A stretch of 64,000 nt of DNA from the human T2T-CHM13v2.0 reference genome, Homo sapiens: assembly GCF_009914755.1 (NCBI RefSeq), contig NC_060940.1. One strand, written 5' to 3'. The translations under genes were made by a program, and so were the position numbers. The notes under the pieces were generated by a model that was not told the origin of the DNA, did no database searches, and saw only the letters and a program-made list of their open reading frames with translations. Below are positions 15,431-37,134 of the stretch, in pieces (the stretch's first letter is position 1; each line of letters opens with the position of its first letter).

Positions 15431-16631
15431 CCAGGTCAATCCATATGTGTCAATATACTAATAAATCTGAATTAAGAAAGAATCACAATTCTATACACAA
15501 TTCCATTCGGATAAAAAAGGAAAATGTGCATGTATCTGCAAAGAACACTTCAGGAAGAAGAAAATGAAGATAGTAGTTGCCTCTCCTTTATATACTTTTG
15601 AACTGTTTTAATTTCTTACCTTAATTATACTACTTTTAAATAATTCAAAATAAAATAAAATAAAATAAATGTTGAGTTCATAGCCTTCTGTTTTTACCAC
15701 TATAAGTTCACCTTATTGAAGCTTAGCCATTTTCATGGCTTCAACAATATGGAAGAACTCTACACTTTTTAGGCTCTGACCTTGATCTGTTTTTCAGGCT
15801 CTAGGGACAAATTGAAACTGGGTGCCTGCATGAATATCCCATCCATTGCCTCAAATACACTGTTGTCTAAAATCAAATTCTTCAAATCAAGAATATCAAG
15901 GGATATTAATGTTCCCATGTGTCTGCAGTTTCAACCATAAAAATCTTCATTCTCAGCCGTCCTCATGATACATATATTCCATTGTTGGACAAGAACCTGG
16001 ATGCTGATATTTTGTCATTGTTTCCTCAATGCAGATGCTTATTCTTTAGTTATGAAATGAGGTGAAAAGATAAGGTTGAGTTTCCTTTGCAAGAATAAAG
16101 GAATATAACAGAGTCGACTTTAGGTAACAGATGGCCACTTCTGCTATGCATGGAAGAGTGGGGTTACTAAAAGACAGAATTTATTTTCTTAAAGTGGATT
16201 ATCGAAGAAAGTGAGACAATCAGAATGACATGATCAGGTTACTATAAAGAATGTGGTATTAAAGAACTTCAGTCCTTGAAGACTATTTGGAAAACTGTAG
16301 CAGAGATGAATCGGAATTGCCTGTGGTTGTATATAAATGCCTTGGTTGTCAGAATAACAGAATTTGCAAAGCAGAGAATTTAGGAAAAGCTAAAAATCAG
16401 TAATAGAAAAAACAGAAATGGTTTTCACATATGAAAAAGGAATTCCATTTCAATAATGTAAGATATGCATATCAAAATCATAATGAAATACCATTTTTTC
16501 CAATCATAATGATTGGATCCAATCATCCAATGATAATTCAAAAAAGGTAATACCTAGTGCTGGCAAAAATGAGAGAAATAAGCACTCTCATGAGCCTTTC
16601 TTCAGGGCAAGATAAGTGTTTCACCTCTTTA

Positions 16632-16953
<322 letters not shown>

Positions 16954-17302
16954 TTATACTTGTTTAACCATTTATTTCATATGCAGAAACTCTTCATGAG
17001 ATTATGAGCGATGTCCACAAAATCAGGCACCAGAGCAATAAAAATAAAATAAAAATTTAAAAAACCAGAAACAACATACATAACTTAAAAAAAAAGAGAT
17101 GTTAAATAAATTGTTATAATCATATAGTGGATAAGTCATTAGAAGTCATATAGATTTGACTATTTAAAAAAATTAAGAACTAAAAATATTTAAAAAGAAA
17201 AAACTGAGAATTCATACATTACTTGTTTTTTCTTCAACAGGAAGTTCTCTTTATATTAAGAATTTCAGCTAAAGCTTATTGTTTGCAAAAGTTTTGTATG
17301 TC

Positions 17303-17676
17303 TGATATAGTTTAGATGTTTGTCCCCTCCAAATCTCATGTTAAAATCTGAGCCCCAATGTTGGAGGTAGGCCCTAGTGGGAAGTATCTATCTGGGTAAT
17401 GGGAGTGGACCCCTCATGAATGGTTTGGTGCCCTCCCCATGGTTCTGAGTTCATTCAAGAGCTGATTGTTTAAAGGAGCCTGGCATTCCCCCCTCTCTCT
17501 CTGTTCCTGTCTCACAATATGATGTGCTTGCTCTCCCTCTGCCTTCCAACATTGGTGGAAGCCTCCTGAGGCTTCCCCAGAAGAAGCATGGAGAACCATG
17601 AGCCACAATAAACCCCTTCTTTGTAAATTATCCAGTCTCAGGTACTTCTTTATGTCAACACAAAAGGACTAACACA
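17303..17676 (+). mobile_element. MaLR solo LTR (MSTB-like)
   Basis: TG...CA termini (tgatatagtttagatgtttgtcccctccaaatctcatg ... ggactaacaca) and an internal AATAAA. Confidence 0.85.
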
Positions 17677-19974
17677 GTGTTCTAGGAATGAATATATTCT
17701 GGACAATGAGAAGTGTATACCATTTTATAAAAATTGGCCAAATTCTTAGCTAAATTTGTAGGACATGACAGTCCCAAGATAGCGGGACTACTGCTTACTA
17801 TTACCTGTTATTGCTACATAGTAGTTCATAACTAATATGCACTTATTTCATTCTGCCACACATAATGGCTAGACTTGTCAGCTACTCCCAGTAAACTAAA
17901 TTGTTTTTGATGGCTGATGGCACTTCTTGTCATCTTTGTATCTCATACAATGAATAGCAGAGAGGCCTTTGCATGAGGCAGGTACTCTGAAGGTTTGCTG
18001 AAATGATTTCAAAAGCAGAAACAGGGTTCTATATAACACAACTACAATAATTAACATTTTAAAACTTCCTCATATAATTTCTGAAAGATCACTCATCAAA
18101 GATAATTGCTATACATTTTATACAACAGATTAAGCAAATGCCTCTCATACATGTGTATAATATATAATGATCAAACTAGGATATTTAGGACATCTATCAT
18201 CTTGAATATTTATTTCTGTGTGTCAGGAACACTTCAATTCTTCTCTTCTAGCTACTTTGAAATACAGAATATACTGTTGTTAACTACAGTCACCCTGATG
18301 TGCTATTGAATGTTAGAACTTATTTCTTCTAACTGTATATTTATACCCATTAACCACTCTTTTTTCATCTCCCACTCTACACTTTGCTTCTGGTAACTAT
18401 TATTGACTATCTCTATGAGATAAACTCTTTTAGCTCCCATATATGAATGAGAACTTGTGATATTTGACTTTCTGTACATGGCTTAATTCACTTAACATAA
18501 TGATCTCAATACACATGTTGATGCAAATAACAGGCTTTCATTCTTTTTTTATGGCAGAATATGATTCCATTGTGTATATATGCCATACTTTTTCCATTCA
18601 TTAGCTGAAGGACACTCAGGTTGATTCCATATATTGCCTATTTTGAGTACTATTGCAATAATCATGGGGGTACAGATATCCCTTCAATATACTGATTTCC
18701 TTTCCCTGGGATAAATACCCATTGGTGGGATTGCTGGATGGTATGGTAGTTCCATTTTTAGTTTTTGTGTGAAACATCCATACTGTTTTCCATAATGGCT
18801 GTACTAATTTACATTTCAAACAATGTATAAGTGTTCTCATTTCTCTGCATCCTCAGCAGGATTTGTTTGAGATTTTTTTTTTGATCTTTTTGATGACAGC
18901 CATTTGAATAACAATGAGATATTTCACTGTAGTTTAAATTTCACTGATGATTAGAGATGTTGAGCATTTTTTCATAAACCTATTGGCCATTTGTATATCT
19001 TTTCTTGAGAAATGTCTACTCAGATCCTTTGCCCTCTTTTCAATAGGATTATTTGCTTTCTTACCGTTGAATTCTTTGAGTTCATTGTATATTATGGATA
19101 TTTGTCCCTTGCCTAATGAACAGTTTCCAAATATTTTCTCTCATTATACAGGTTGCCTCTTACTCCGCTGACTGTTTCCTTTGAGGTGCAGAAGCTTTTT
19201 AGCACAACATAGTCCCATTTATCTTTTTTTTGTTTTTGAAATTTTTTTGTTTGTTTGTTTGTTTTTGAGCTTTTGAACTCCTAGCCATAAAATCATTGCC
19301 TAGACCAATATCCTGAAGTGTTTCCCTTATGTTTTCTTCTAGTAATTTTATAGTTTTGGGTCATTCATTTTGAGTTAATTTTTTGTATATCATGGTGGGG
19401 GGACTAATTTCATTCTTTTTCATACTGATGTACAGTTTTCCCAGCACTATTTATTAAAGAAAGTTTCTATTCCATGACGTATAATCTTGGTGCCTTTCTC
19501 AAAATTCAGTTGGCTGTGGAATTATTTCTGGGTTCTCTATTCTGTTCCACTGGTCTTTGTGTCTGTGTTTGTTTTTATACTAGTTCTATGTTGTTTTGGT
19601 TACTATAACTTTGTAGTATATGTCTGTAGCACATTTTAAACTCAGGCAGTGTGATGCTTCCAGAATTGTTCTTTTTGCTCAGTATTGTTATGACTACTCA
19701 GTATATTTTGTTGTTTCATAAAAATTTTAGGATTGTTTTTCCTATTTCTGTGAAGAATGCCATTGTTATTTTGATAGAGATTACACTGAATTTGTAGATT
19801 GCTTTTGGAAATATGGTCATATAATGATAATAATTCTTATGGTCCATGAGCATGAGATATCTATTTTTAATCTACTAACATGCATATGTTGAACCATCCT
19901 TGTATTTCTGAGATAAATCTCACTAGTTCACGTTGTTTTATCTTTTTGATGTGTTCTTGGATTTGGCTTGCTAA

Positions 19975-20908
<934 letters not shown>

Positions 20909-21295
20909 TAATTTATTGAGTAAATGGTTGACCAAGAGCATGTTGTTTTATTTCCATGTACTTGTACAGTTTCCAAAGATCCTCTTGTCATTGATTTCTA
21001 GTTGTATTCCATTGTGGCATGAGAAGATGCTTGATATGATGCCAATTTTTAAAAATTAGTTGATTTTTTTTATGTGGCCTAACATCTGGTCTGTCCTGGA
21101 AAAGTAATAATATTCTGATGAGAAAAATATGTATTCTGTAGCTGTGGGATAAAATGTTTTGTAAATGTCTGTTGGGCCTATTTGGTCTAATGTACAGTTT
21201 ATATCCAATGTTTCTTTATTGACTGTCTAGATGATCTGTGCAACAGTGAGAGTGTGATGTTGAAGTGCTGAACTATTAATGTACTGGATGGAGTC

Positions 21296-21709
21296 TACTA
21301 TAGTTTAGAAAGCACGTTGACATCTGATTCACAATGATGGAGGTGGGCCTAAGAGGAAGCGTGAGGATCATGGGGGCAGATCCCTTATGAATGTCTTGGT
21401 GCCATCCTCACGGTAATGATTGAGTTCTGTATTAATTTCCATAAAAATATCCTCGAGATCCTGCTGTTAAAAAGAGACTGGTACTTCCCTCTCTCTCGTG
21501 TCCTATTTTTTGCTACATGATCTCTGTGCATATCAGCTCCCTTTCACCTTCCACCACAAGTGGAAGCAGTCTGAGCCTTTTACCAGAAGCAAATGCTGGT
21601 ACCGTGTTCCTTGTAAAGCATGAAGATTTGTGAGCCACCTAAACCCCTTTCCATTACAAATTACACAGCTTCAGGCACTCCTTTATAGCAACACAAATGG
21701 ATTAAGACA
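21296..21709 (+). mobile_element. MaLR solo LTR (MST family) inserted in L1M
   Basis: tactatagttt...gattaagaca with a perfect 5-bp TSD GAGTC (21291-21295, 21710-21714). Confidence 0.85.
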
Positions 21710-22038
21710 GAGTCTATCTCTGCCTTTAGATATAATAATATTTTCTTTATGTATTTGGGTGCTCCACTGTTAGATGCGTATATATTAAGATTACATTATC
21801 TTGCTGAATTGTTCTCCTTATTATTATATAAAGACCTTATATGTCTCTTTTTTGTTCAATTACCTTTCATCGAATATAAGTATAAGAACTCTTGCTCATT
21901 TTTGGTTTCTGTTTTCACGGAATATCTCTTTTCACCCCTTAGCTTTCAGTCTATACATGTTGTTACAGGTGAAGTGAGTGTTGTGTAGGCAGCATAAAGT
22001 TAGGTAGGTCATTTAAAAGAATCCATTTAGCCAGTCTA

Positions 22039-22095
22039 AAAACGTATGTGTGTGTGTATATATATGTATATATACACACATATATACATACATAT

Positions 22096-22134
<39 letters not shown>

Positions 22135-22426
22135 TATTTTTTTTTTCTGAGATGGAGTCTCGTTCTGTCACCAGGCTGGAGAGCAGTGGCGCGATCCTGG
22201 CTCACTGAACCTCTGCCTCCCAGGTTCAAGCGATTCTCCTGCCTCAGGCTCCTGAGTAGCTGGGACTACAGGCGCGTACCAACATGCTCAGCTAACTTTC
22301 TGTATTTTAGTAGAGACAGAGTTTCAGAATGTTGGCAAGGATGGTCTTGATCTCCTGACCTCATGATCCGCCCGCCTTGGCCTCCCAAAGTGCTGGGATT
22401 ACAGGGGTGAGCCACCATGCCCGGAC
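22039..22426 (-). mobile_element. AluS with tail converted to compound TG/TA/CA microsatellite
   Basis: TSD tagccagtcta (22028-22038, 22427-22437) encloses both the Alu and the microsatellite. Confidence 0.88.
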
Positions 22427-22512
22427 TAGCCAGTCTATATTTTTAAGTGGAAAATTTAAGCCATTTACAATCAAGGTTATATTTGATAGGTGATTAATTA
22501 TTCCTTTTTTTT

Positions 22513-26714
<4,202 letters not shown>

Positions 26715-28198
26715 TATTCCTTTCATTTTATGAATCGTTTTCTGGTTGTTTTGCATACGTATCCTTTGTCCTTTCTTTATCTCTTATTGTTTATCAATGA
26801 GATATGGTGGTTTTCTGTACTGGTAACATTTACTGGTAACATTTGAGTCCTTTCTCTTTTTTATTTGTGTGTCTGAGCTACCAGTGAGTTTTATACTTTG
26901 TGTGATCTCATGATGGTAGATACTGTCTTTATGCTTCCAAATGCAGGACTCGCTTAAGAATTTCATGTAGGGCCATTCCAGTGGTAATGAATTCCCTCAG
27001 CTTTTGCATGTCTAGGAAAGACTTATTTCTTCTTCATTCACTTTGCTTGTGCAGATGGGTAGCAGTAGCCCTGGTGGCGGCTTACTTAAATGCAAAGTCA
27101 GTATTGTTTAAGGAAGTCTCATACTATTGAACTAAAAGTACATTTCTAAAGCTTCATTAAGATAGATTTTTCCTAAAAAGGAATTGTAAGAAACAAAAGT
27201 TTGGATGTGTGTGTATAACAAAAATAAGATTAAAAAAATGAACCTATAAGTATAGAATGTTCTCATCTTGAAAAGCAAGTTTCTAAGACAACTTCCATTG
27301 CAATGTAGTCAACACCTTATTATTGAGGTTTTCATGTGATTTGGCATACCAGATAAACCACACTAAAAATAATATGTTTTCTTTTCTTAAATTCTCCCCT
27401 CTCCTCCCCACCAAAACATACCAAGCATATTGAAGTACCTAGAATCTTAGATTCATAAAAAATTTACTAGATAAAAGGTTAAATTTGTGGTTTTAAGTCA
27501 GTAAAATCCACAGTGTATTTGGGCACTAAATATTTTTAACTTTGAAAATCGTACGTCAATAATGAAAATGTTGTAGCAAAAGTCATAATCAATCCAGAAT
27601 TAAGAGGTTTAAATTATGCAATATTATTTTCTACCTGTTTCTCAATGAAAATTAGGTTTTGCATCATGGAATACTTTTAAAGAAAATAAGTTTTATTACA
27701 TCTCACAGCCACTAGGCCTGCTTTACTCATTTGCAATTAGTACATTATATAAAAATGTAACTGTAAAATCAGACTGTTAAGTGTTTGAATGCTCACAAAA
27801 ACAGGTGGGAAGTGGGGGCGGAGGTGGGGAAATCAAGTATTTATCTTGCCTGTCTCAACTGTACTGCAAGTGACTAAAGAACTGAGGATGGGAGTTCTTT
27901 TTAACAGAAAATTTAGCTAATTATACCTGCAGTAGAGTGACAGATTTAGTGTGTCACAATTTTGCAACTCCTGTTGAAATAATGGGGCTGACAATAATCA
28001 TTCATACCTCCTAACCATTAGAGAATACTGTAATGGATGATCTATGCTGAGGAAAACTGAACCTACTGATCAATTTTAATATCACAGAAGAGAGAGAACT
28101 TAAACTGTATCACCTAATGAACTGAAACATACAGCAACACCTAGGAAATATTCTTGATATTCCCACTCCCACCACCCACAAAAGAATTCTGATTCTGT

Positions 28199-28458
28199 GG
28201 CTGGGCGCAGTGGTTCATGTCTGTAATCCCAGCCCTTTGGGAGTCTGAGGTGGGTGAATTGCCTGAGCTCTGGAGTTCGAGACCAGCCTGGCCAACATGG
28301 TGAAACCCCGTCTCTACTAAAATACAAAAAAATTAGCTGGGCGTGGCAGCATGCGCTTGTAGTCCCAGCTACTTGGGAGGCGGAGGTTGCAGTGGGCAGA
28401 GATCGCACCACTGCACTACAGCCTGGGCGACAGAGCGAGACTCTGTCTCCAAAAAAAA
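28199..28458 (+). mobile_element. AluS with right-arm deletion
   Basis: TSD aaaagaattctgattct on both sides. Confidence 0.88.
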
Positions 28459-28676
28459 GAATTCTGATTCTAGGAACATAGTAACATGTTAACTCCATTG
28501 GGATACAATCTGAAAAATCCACACAACTGTACAGCACAGATGTGTACAGCACAGATGGTTTCTCTACTTCGGCATGAACCTTGTTTAACTTCCTGATTTG
28601 ATAAAAACATGTCGGAGAAAATCTGGGCATTTTGAATAATGACTAGATATTCAATGACATTAAGAAATTGTTGTTG

Positions 28677-28966
28677 ATTGGGTGTGGTGGCTCATGCTGG
28701 TAATCCCACCATTTTGGGAAGCCAATGTGGGTGGATTGCTTGAGCCAAGGAGTTCAAGACCAGTCTAGGCAACATAGGGAAACTCTGTCTCTACAAAAAA
28801 TACAAGAATTAGCCAGGCATAATGGCACATGCTTGTAGTCCTAGATGCTCTCGAGGCTGAGGTGGGAGGATAGCTTGAGCCTGGGAGGCAGAGGTTGCAG
28901 TGAGCTGTGATCGCATGTACTACTGTGCTCCAGCCTGCGGAACAGAGTGAGACCCTCTCAAAAAAA
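28677..28966 (+). mobile_element. AluJ
   Basis: Dimer. Confidence 0.85.
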
Positions 28967-29627
28967 GAAATTATTGTGTAATTTTTTTAGATTTCAAAAT
29001 GATCTGGCAGTTTTAAATAAAAAAGTCCTTGTAATCTGAGATACAGATGGAAATATTTAAAAGTGAAATTATATGTTTGGGATTTACTTTAAAATTATCT
29101 TTGATAGGAGGAACTTGTAGGTGCATTTACAGGGGAAACAAGATTGGGCCATATAATTGTTGAAGCTAGGTGACGGTTAAATGTGCATATATTATAATAT
29201 TCTGTCCAATTTTCTGTTTAAAATTTTCCATGATAACAAGTTTTAAAAGCCTGTGAAATTATTCTTGTACATAAGCTAAAGATTTTTCTTATTGTTAAAT
29301 TTGTAGCACATATTATTTTAAAAATTTTTAATAAAAAAGGTAAAAAAAACAGCAGGCAACATGTGCTGAAATTATCATGAATTCATAAAAAGTAGAGAAT
29401 TCAAATTCTGAGGCAGTTATTAATGAACAACAAAAACAACAATAGCTAAAGACTTATTTATTACAGTCAGTACTTTTTCCATGTTTCCAAATCACTGACT
29501 TTCTAACATCCTTTAAACATTAATTTCAACATTTACTTCATTAGCAATTAAATACAAAGTGTACAGTAAATAAAATCCCATACTTCTTTGGTAACTCAAA
29601 ACAATTCCAGATTTATGTGCAACTCAC

Positions 29628-29722
29628 CTGCTGTAAAATCTTCAGTCAGATCAATAAATGCATGAGAATGTGGAATTCGCATTTTACTTGTAGTGGTCAA
29701 TGCTGGATGCCATGATAAATTC
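29628..29722 (-). CDS. ITFG1: ITFG1 exon 6 (95 nt); the gene continues beyond the left edge of the window
   Basis: Acceptor tttttag|, donor |gtgagt. Encodes (G)NLSWHPALTTTSKMRIPHSHAFIDLTEDFTA. Cumulative CDS is 655 nt with consistent phases. No further ITFG1 exon was recognised in 1-29627. Confidence 0.95.
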
Positions 29723-29809
29723 CTAAAAAATAAAATAAAAATACTTTTCTTAAGGCAAACATCGAATGAGCATTATTTTAAAATAAAAATCTCTGCATGC
29801 AAAACACTT

Positions 29810-31385
<1,576 letters not shown>

Positions 31386-31559
31386 ATGAATCAGAAAATA
31401 AATGATTAATGTCATACAAGGTTTTCTAATATTGTGGAAAATAATAATGATTCTCTTTTACAAATATTAATTCTAAAGTTTTGGACCATGCAGAAGAATA
31501 AATTGAAGTCCCTACTTCACACTACATACAAAATTTAACTCAGAATGGATGAAAGAACT

Positions 31560-32540
31560 AAAAGGATCTCTGGAAAACAGTTTGGCAGTTCTTCAAAAAG
31601 TTAAACACAGAATTACCATATGATCCTGCATTTCTACGCTTAGCTATATATCCAAGATAATTAAAAATAAGTAAACAAACAAATACTTGAAAAATGAATG
31701 CTCCTAGTAGTGCTATTCACAATAGCCCACAAGTGGAAATAACACGAATTCCCATCAGTGGATAAATGGATAAACAAAATGTCATATATCTATACAATGG
31801 ACTATTATTAAGCCATAAAAATGACTAAATTACTAATACAATACAGACTAGTACAAAATGGATGATCCTTAAAAACATACTATGTGAAAAAAGGCAGAAA
31901 CAAAAGGTTACGTACTGGAGAATTCCATTTATGTGAAATATTCATAATAGTTAAATCTATAGAGACAGAAAGCAGATTTGTGGTTGTCAGGTGCTGAGAG
32001 ACAAAAGGGAGTGATTGCTTAATGCAGGGTTCCCTAACCCTTGGGCTGTGGACCACTACAGGTCCATGGCTTTTTAGGAACTGGGCCACACAGCAGGAGG
32101 TGGGCGGCAGGCAAGTGAGCATCACCTCATGAGCTCCGTCGCCTGTCAGATCAGTGGTGGCATTGGATTCTCAAAGGACTGCGAACCCTATTGTGAAATG
32201 CACATTCAAGGGATCTAGGTTGTGTGCTCCTTATGAGAATCTAATGCCTGATGATCTGAGGTGGAACAATTTTATCCCGAAACCACCCCCACCACCTGGC
32301 CTCTGACCCTGTCCATGGAAAAACTGAGTTCCATGACACCGGTCCCTGTTGCCAAAAAGGTTGGGGACTGCTGGCTTAGTGGGTACAGGGTTCCCTTTGC
32401 AGTTATAAAATGGTGTGGGATCCAGATAGAGCTGATGGTTGTGCAAAATTGTAAATGTACTAAATGATACTAAATTGTACACTTTATCAATTATACACCT
32501 AGGGATTCTATGATAAATTTAAAGTTTTATGTTATGTGAA
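31560..32540 (+). mobile_element. L1MB-like 3' end interrupted by MER1B
   Basis: ggaaaacagtttggcagttcttcaaaaagttaaacacagaattaccatatga through to atgttatgtgaattttatct. Confidence 0.7.
32025..32373 (+). mobile_element. MER1B hAT-Charlie DNA transposon
   Basis: Ends cagggttccctaacc...ggttggggactgctg; 8-bp TSD gcttaatg / gcttagtg. Confidence 0.88.
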
Positions 32541-34582
32541 TTTTATCTTACTAAGGAAAGCCCATAGCACAAAGTTTCCATTTATCTCTCATTCAGTTTC
32601 CATTAATATTAACATCTTATACAACCACAGTATAAATATCAAAACCAGAAGGTAACACTGGTAGTACTTCTATCAACTATAGAAGAAAGAGCAAGTTTAA
32701 ATAAAGTCATTCCCCTATAATTTCTCACTAGGTGAGAATTCCCCCATTTACCAAGGCTCTACTCAAATCAGCTTTCTCCAAAAGATCTTCTCTCTTCTCT
32801 GTTTTCCTGCCACACTTTTCCTTCCTAACAGCATTTTGGTTTGCATTAAAGTTACTTTAGGAACTTTCTCTTTGATGCTGTAAAGCTTCCCCAGAAACCT
32901 TGACTCATCAATATCTGTAGCCACAATGCCTAACCAGGACCTGGCTCCCATGAAATGTCAGTGAATGCCGGCTAGACTGAACCTCAGTCTCAAGCAGCAT
33001 TTCCTATTCTTCTCTACTGCAGTTAGAAGTCACTACCGTTTTCATAGTAATATGTTCCAGTCCAATATGAAACCACAGATATGTCATCTCCATAGAGCAA
33101 TTTAAGGCTATTTAAGTCCAACTTAATTGTCAACGCAGTATTCAACTGACTGGATAGCAAACAAGGTTTATAATTGTGAATTTGGTATTGATGTCTTTGG
33201 AAATCAGCAAGACACAATGGACTAATTTGTTCTTGGCAGGTGGAATCTGGGAAAAAGAATAAGCATTCATCAGGAGAAAATTTTCTCTACACAAAATGTG
33301 TTCTACAAACAGCAACCTCTTTCCAATAGCCTTCTACACATATTTTAGCACAAGCAGGGCCTAAACACACTTTAACCTAAATAAGACAGTAAAATCAAAA
33401 CCAAGCAGTATTCATACAGACTAATTTCATTATTTTAATCTGAACTCTATAATATAAAGTCATGGTAATAAGAAAATATTAAAATGAATTGAGAAATTGC
33501 ATTTAGCATATGTTGTAAGGTAATTCACGCCAAGCAACTGATTTGATTATTCTTTCACCATATACAAGGTTAGAAATCTTTAAAATAGTTTCACTTATAT
33601 CCAATTTAATAATGACTGATTAACTTATTTTTAAGATAGACCATTTATTCATCAGTTCAATAATTTCTAAGCATTAAAGTATTTTAAATTACTAACAAAA
33701 TAATCAGACTTGGGTTAAAGATTCTCTGACAAGTTTAACCCAAAGTAATTTCAGAAAACTTTCCTAATTTTGCCATCAAATTCATGTTATAGGCCAAGAA
33801 TGATTAAAAACACAGACTTTTATAGAGTAAAGCTCAATGAGGTTGATCACGTGGCTCTGTCTCTAACCTGAGCAGTTACTGATCTCATTCCCTACAAATT
33901 TTTTAGTAGGCTAACTCTGAAATAAATTATGGCTAGAATTTTGGAAAAACTCAACTACCTTGTGACATTTTTTCCTAGGAGCTATTAAACCAAATGTTTA
34001 TTTCAAAGGAAGACTCTAGAAAAGTGATAAATCAGAAGTCATAAAGGGACAGACCATCAGCCAAATTGAGCATAAAGATGTGTTTTATTGGGCCCATATA
34101 CTCCTTTAAGAATCTTGAATTCATTGCTATAACTTAAAAAGAAAATCTGATTTCATATACAAGTCTGGATTTTCAGCTTCTCTGGAAATATCAGAAATAT
34201 CAGAAGGTCTGGCAACCAACTGGCTTTGTTCAGACAGAGCTAGCGTCTAAAGACAACCCAAGTGTTAATTTTCCCAAATTGCTTCACTCACTCTGGTTTC
34301 CTTCCTGGCGCCTAACAAATATGAATTTGCCACTCCTAACAATATATTAATTGCAATCTTGCCATTTTGAACATTTAAAATCAACACTTAAGTTCTTCAC
34401 AGTATTTTAAGTTTTATACTTATTGCCTATGTTTTGCTATTTTACAGTTACACCTCTTAAAAGGCAGCAGCTGATCCTTAAGAGTTTATTTTATACGGTG
34501 TCTATTTACTGTTCTGATGTTTACCAAAGGTGTACAGAAAATGAAAGAACAGTTGTTTCTTTTTGTGGTGCATTTTAAGATG

Positions 34583-34594
34583 AATAAAAACTGA

Positions 34595-34629
<35 letters not shown>

Positions 34630-34678
34630 TACACACACGTATAGTTGTCAATAAGAACTAAAGTGAATAAATAAAAAC

Positions 34679-34727
<49 letters not shown>

Positions 34728-34746
34728 GTCAATAAGAACTAAAGTG
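34583..34746. repeat. Tandem duplication containing (TA)n/(CA)n microsatellite
   Basis: aataaaaactga-(TA)n-gttgtcaataagaactaaagtg present twice. Confidence 0.93.
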
Positions 34747-34808
34747 TTAATAGGTTTATAGTTGAAAGTAATATTCATTAATCCTTCTACCGTTGAAGTT
34801 GCTCTTTG

Positions 34809-36017
34809 GAACTGGCTAGCCATATTCAGAAAATGGAAAGTAGACCCCTTCCTTACACCACATACAAAAATTAACTCAAGATGGATTAAAGACTTAAAAT
34901 ATAAAACCTAAACTATAAAAATCCTAGAAGAAAATCTAGGCAATACCACTCAGGACACAGGCATAGGCAAATATTTCATGATGAAAATGCCAACAGCATT
35001 ACAAGAAAAGTAAAAATTGACAAAGGGATCTAATTAAACTAAAGAGTTTCTGCACAGCGAAAGAAACTATCATCAGGGTGAACTGACAGCCTACAGAATG
35101 GGATAAAATGTTTGCAATCTATCCATCTGACAAAGTTCTAATATCCAGTCTATAGAACTTAAACAAATTTACAAGAAAAAAAAAAAACCATTCAAAAGTG
35201 GGCAAAGAATGTGAACAGATACTTCTCAAAAGATGACATTCCTGTGGCCAAAAAACACGAAAAAAAAGCTCAACATCACTGATCATTAGAGAAATGCAAA
35301 TCAAAACCACAATGAGATACCATCTCATGCCTGTCAGAATGGTGATTAATAAAAAGTCAAAAAGCAACAGATTCTGGCAAGGTTGTGGAGAAAAAGGAAC
35401 ACTTTTACACTGTTGGTGGGAGTGTAAGTTAGTTCAATCATTGTAGAAGACAGTGTGGTGATTCCTCAAAGACCGAGAGGCAGAAATACCATTTGATCTA
35501 CCAATCCCATTACTGGGTATACACACAAAGCACACATATGTTCCTTGCAGCACTATGCACGATAGCAACGACATGGAATCAACCTAAACCCTTGTCAATG
35601 ATAGACAGGATAAAGAAAATGTGGTACATGTATACACCATGGAATATGGAATATGATGCAGCCATAAAAAGAATGAGATCATGTCCTCTGCAGGGACATG
35701 AATGTAGCTGGAAGCCATTATCCTCAGCAAACTGACACAGGAACAGAAAACCAAACATTACATGTTCTCACTTATAAGTCGGAGCTGAATGATGAGAACA
35801 CATGGACACATAGGGTGCGGGGAACAGCACAAACTGGGGCTTTTGAGAGGCAGAGGCTTGGAGGGAGAGCATCAGGGAAGAATAGGTAAGGGATGCCGAG
35901 CTTAATACCTAGGTGATGAGATGATCCATGCAACAAACCACCATGGTACACATTTACCTGTGTAACAAACATGCACATCCTGCACATGTATCCCTGAACT
36001 TAAAAGCTAAAGAAAAA
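34809..36017 (+). mobile_element. 5'-truncated L1PA (older, about PA8-13), 3' 1.2 kb
   Basis: ORF2 C-terminal and 3'UTR sequence. 13-bp TSD aagttgctctttg at 34796-34808 and 36018-36030. Confidence 0.88.
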
Positions 36018-37044
36018 AAGTTGCTCTTTGTACAAATTATAGTTTTTCAGCAATAAAAAGCAGATACCATATTTTTCAAGCAACTGAACTCACATAAAGT
36101 ATAATATTTTCATATATGTGCCCAACTCCATTTGAAGGCTAAGGTCACACATAAAAACTGCTCTGATTACAAAAAAAGAGAAACAGAGGAAAAAGTGGGT
36201 CATTCTAAGCCACACTGAGTGTATCATTGACATTTCTTGACCTCTGTAGAAAATTCCAATTACTAGCTTTTCCCGCACAAGAAACAAAATTATATCAAAG
36301 TTTTCTAATTTGTGGGCATCATCACCCTTAATCTCAAAGAATGAATTTGTCAAAGAATGAATTTAAATGTAATTAATGTCAGCTGTAGCTTTTGGTTGCC
36401 TGTGGTAACTGTTCTTCATATGACTGCTAATCCACCCACTTTTGAATGATCAGCTTATATTGAATTATCATTATTTAAGTTATCCAGGTAAAAGCAGTTA
36501 CTAGGAGATGGTTCTGGCATGAAGAAGAATCTACTTCTCCAGGCTGCCTAGTTCTTTAGTCCTGCGGTCTTCAAACATCTTTGCCCAGATATGCTTCGAA
36601 AGAATTTTGAATGCTGAAAAACTATATACCAGCTAACACATTAAATAATTTCTAAGAAAACAATCTAAACGTTTTCATCAGCACAAATAGCTGCAAAATA
36701 GGTAATATTTGAATCTATTATAATTATTAAAATTTTAAAATAAAATGATTACTTTAAAAATGCATACAGTGGAATATAAATATAATTGAATTGTCATCCA
36801 TCCCCCATCATCCACAAAAGAATTCCAAAACAAAACAAAAAAAACACATAAAGGTCTACTTGAATATTCAGAAATTGTACATCTTTCCCTTTTATCCTTG
36901 AACTTGTACTTCCATTCCATTTTTCTCAGAAAACTTTATCATGATGTAAAATGATTTTATATGTGGATTCTTTTTAGTGATGGTTCTGGGATAATTCTCC
37001 AAACAAAAAATTCATCTATGAACTATCATATAAAATAAAGTTTG

Positions 37045-37134
37045 TATACATATGTAACAAACCTGCACGTTGTGCACATGTACCCTAAAACTTAAAGTAT
37101 AATAATAATAAAATTAAAAACAAATCAGCTAAAA
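37045..37134 (+). mobile_element. Extremely 5'-truncated L1PA 3' end
   Basis: tatacatatgtaacaaacctgcacgttgtgcacatgtaccctaaaacttaaagtataat. TSD aaaataaagtttg at 37032-37044 and 37135-37147. Confidence 0.9.

Noticed and set aside
33710-33743. 10-bp stem ttgggttaaa / tttaacccaa
   Set aside because: AT-rich and within chance expectation for this window size.
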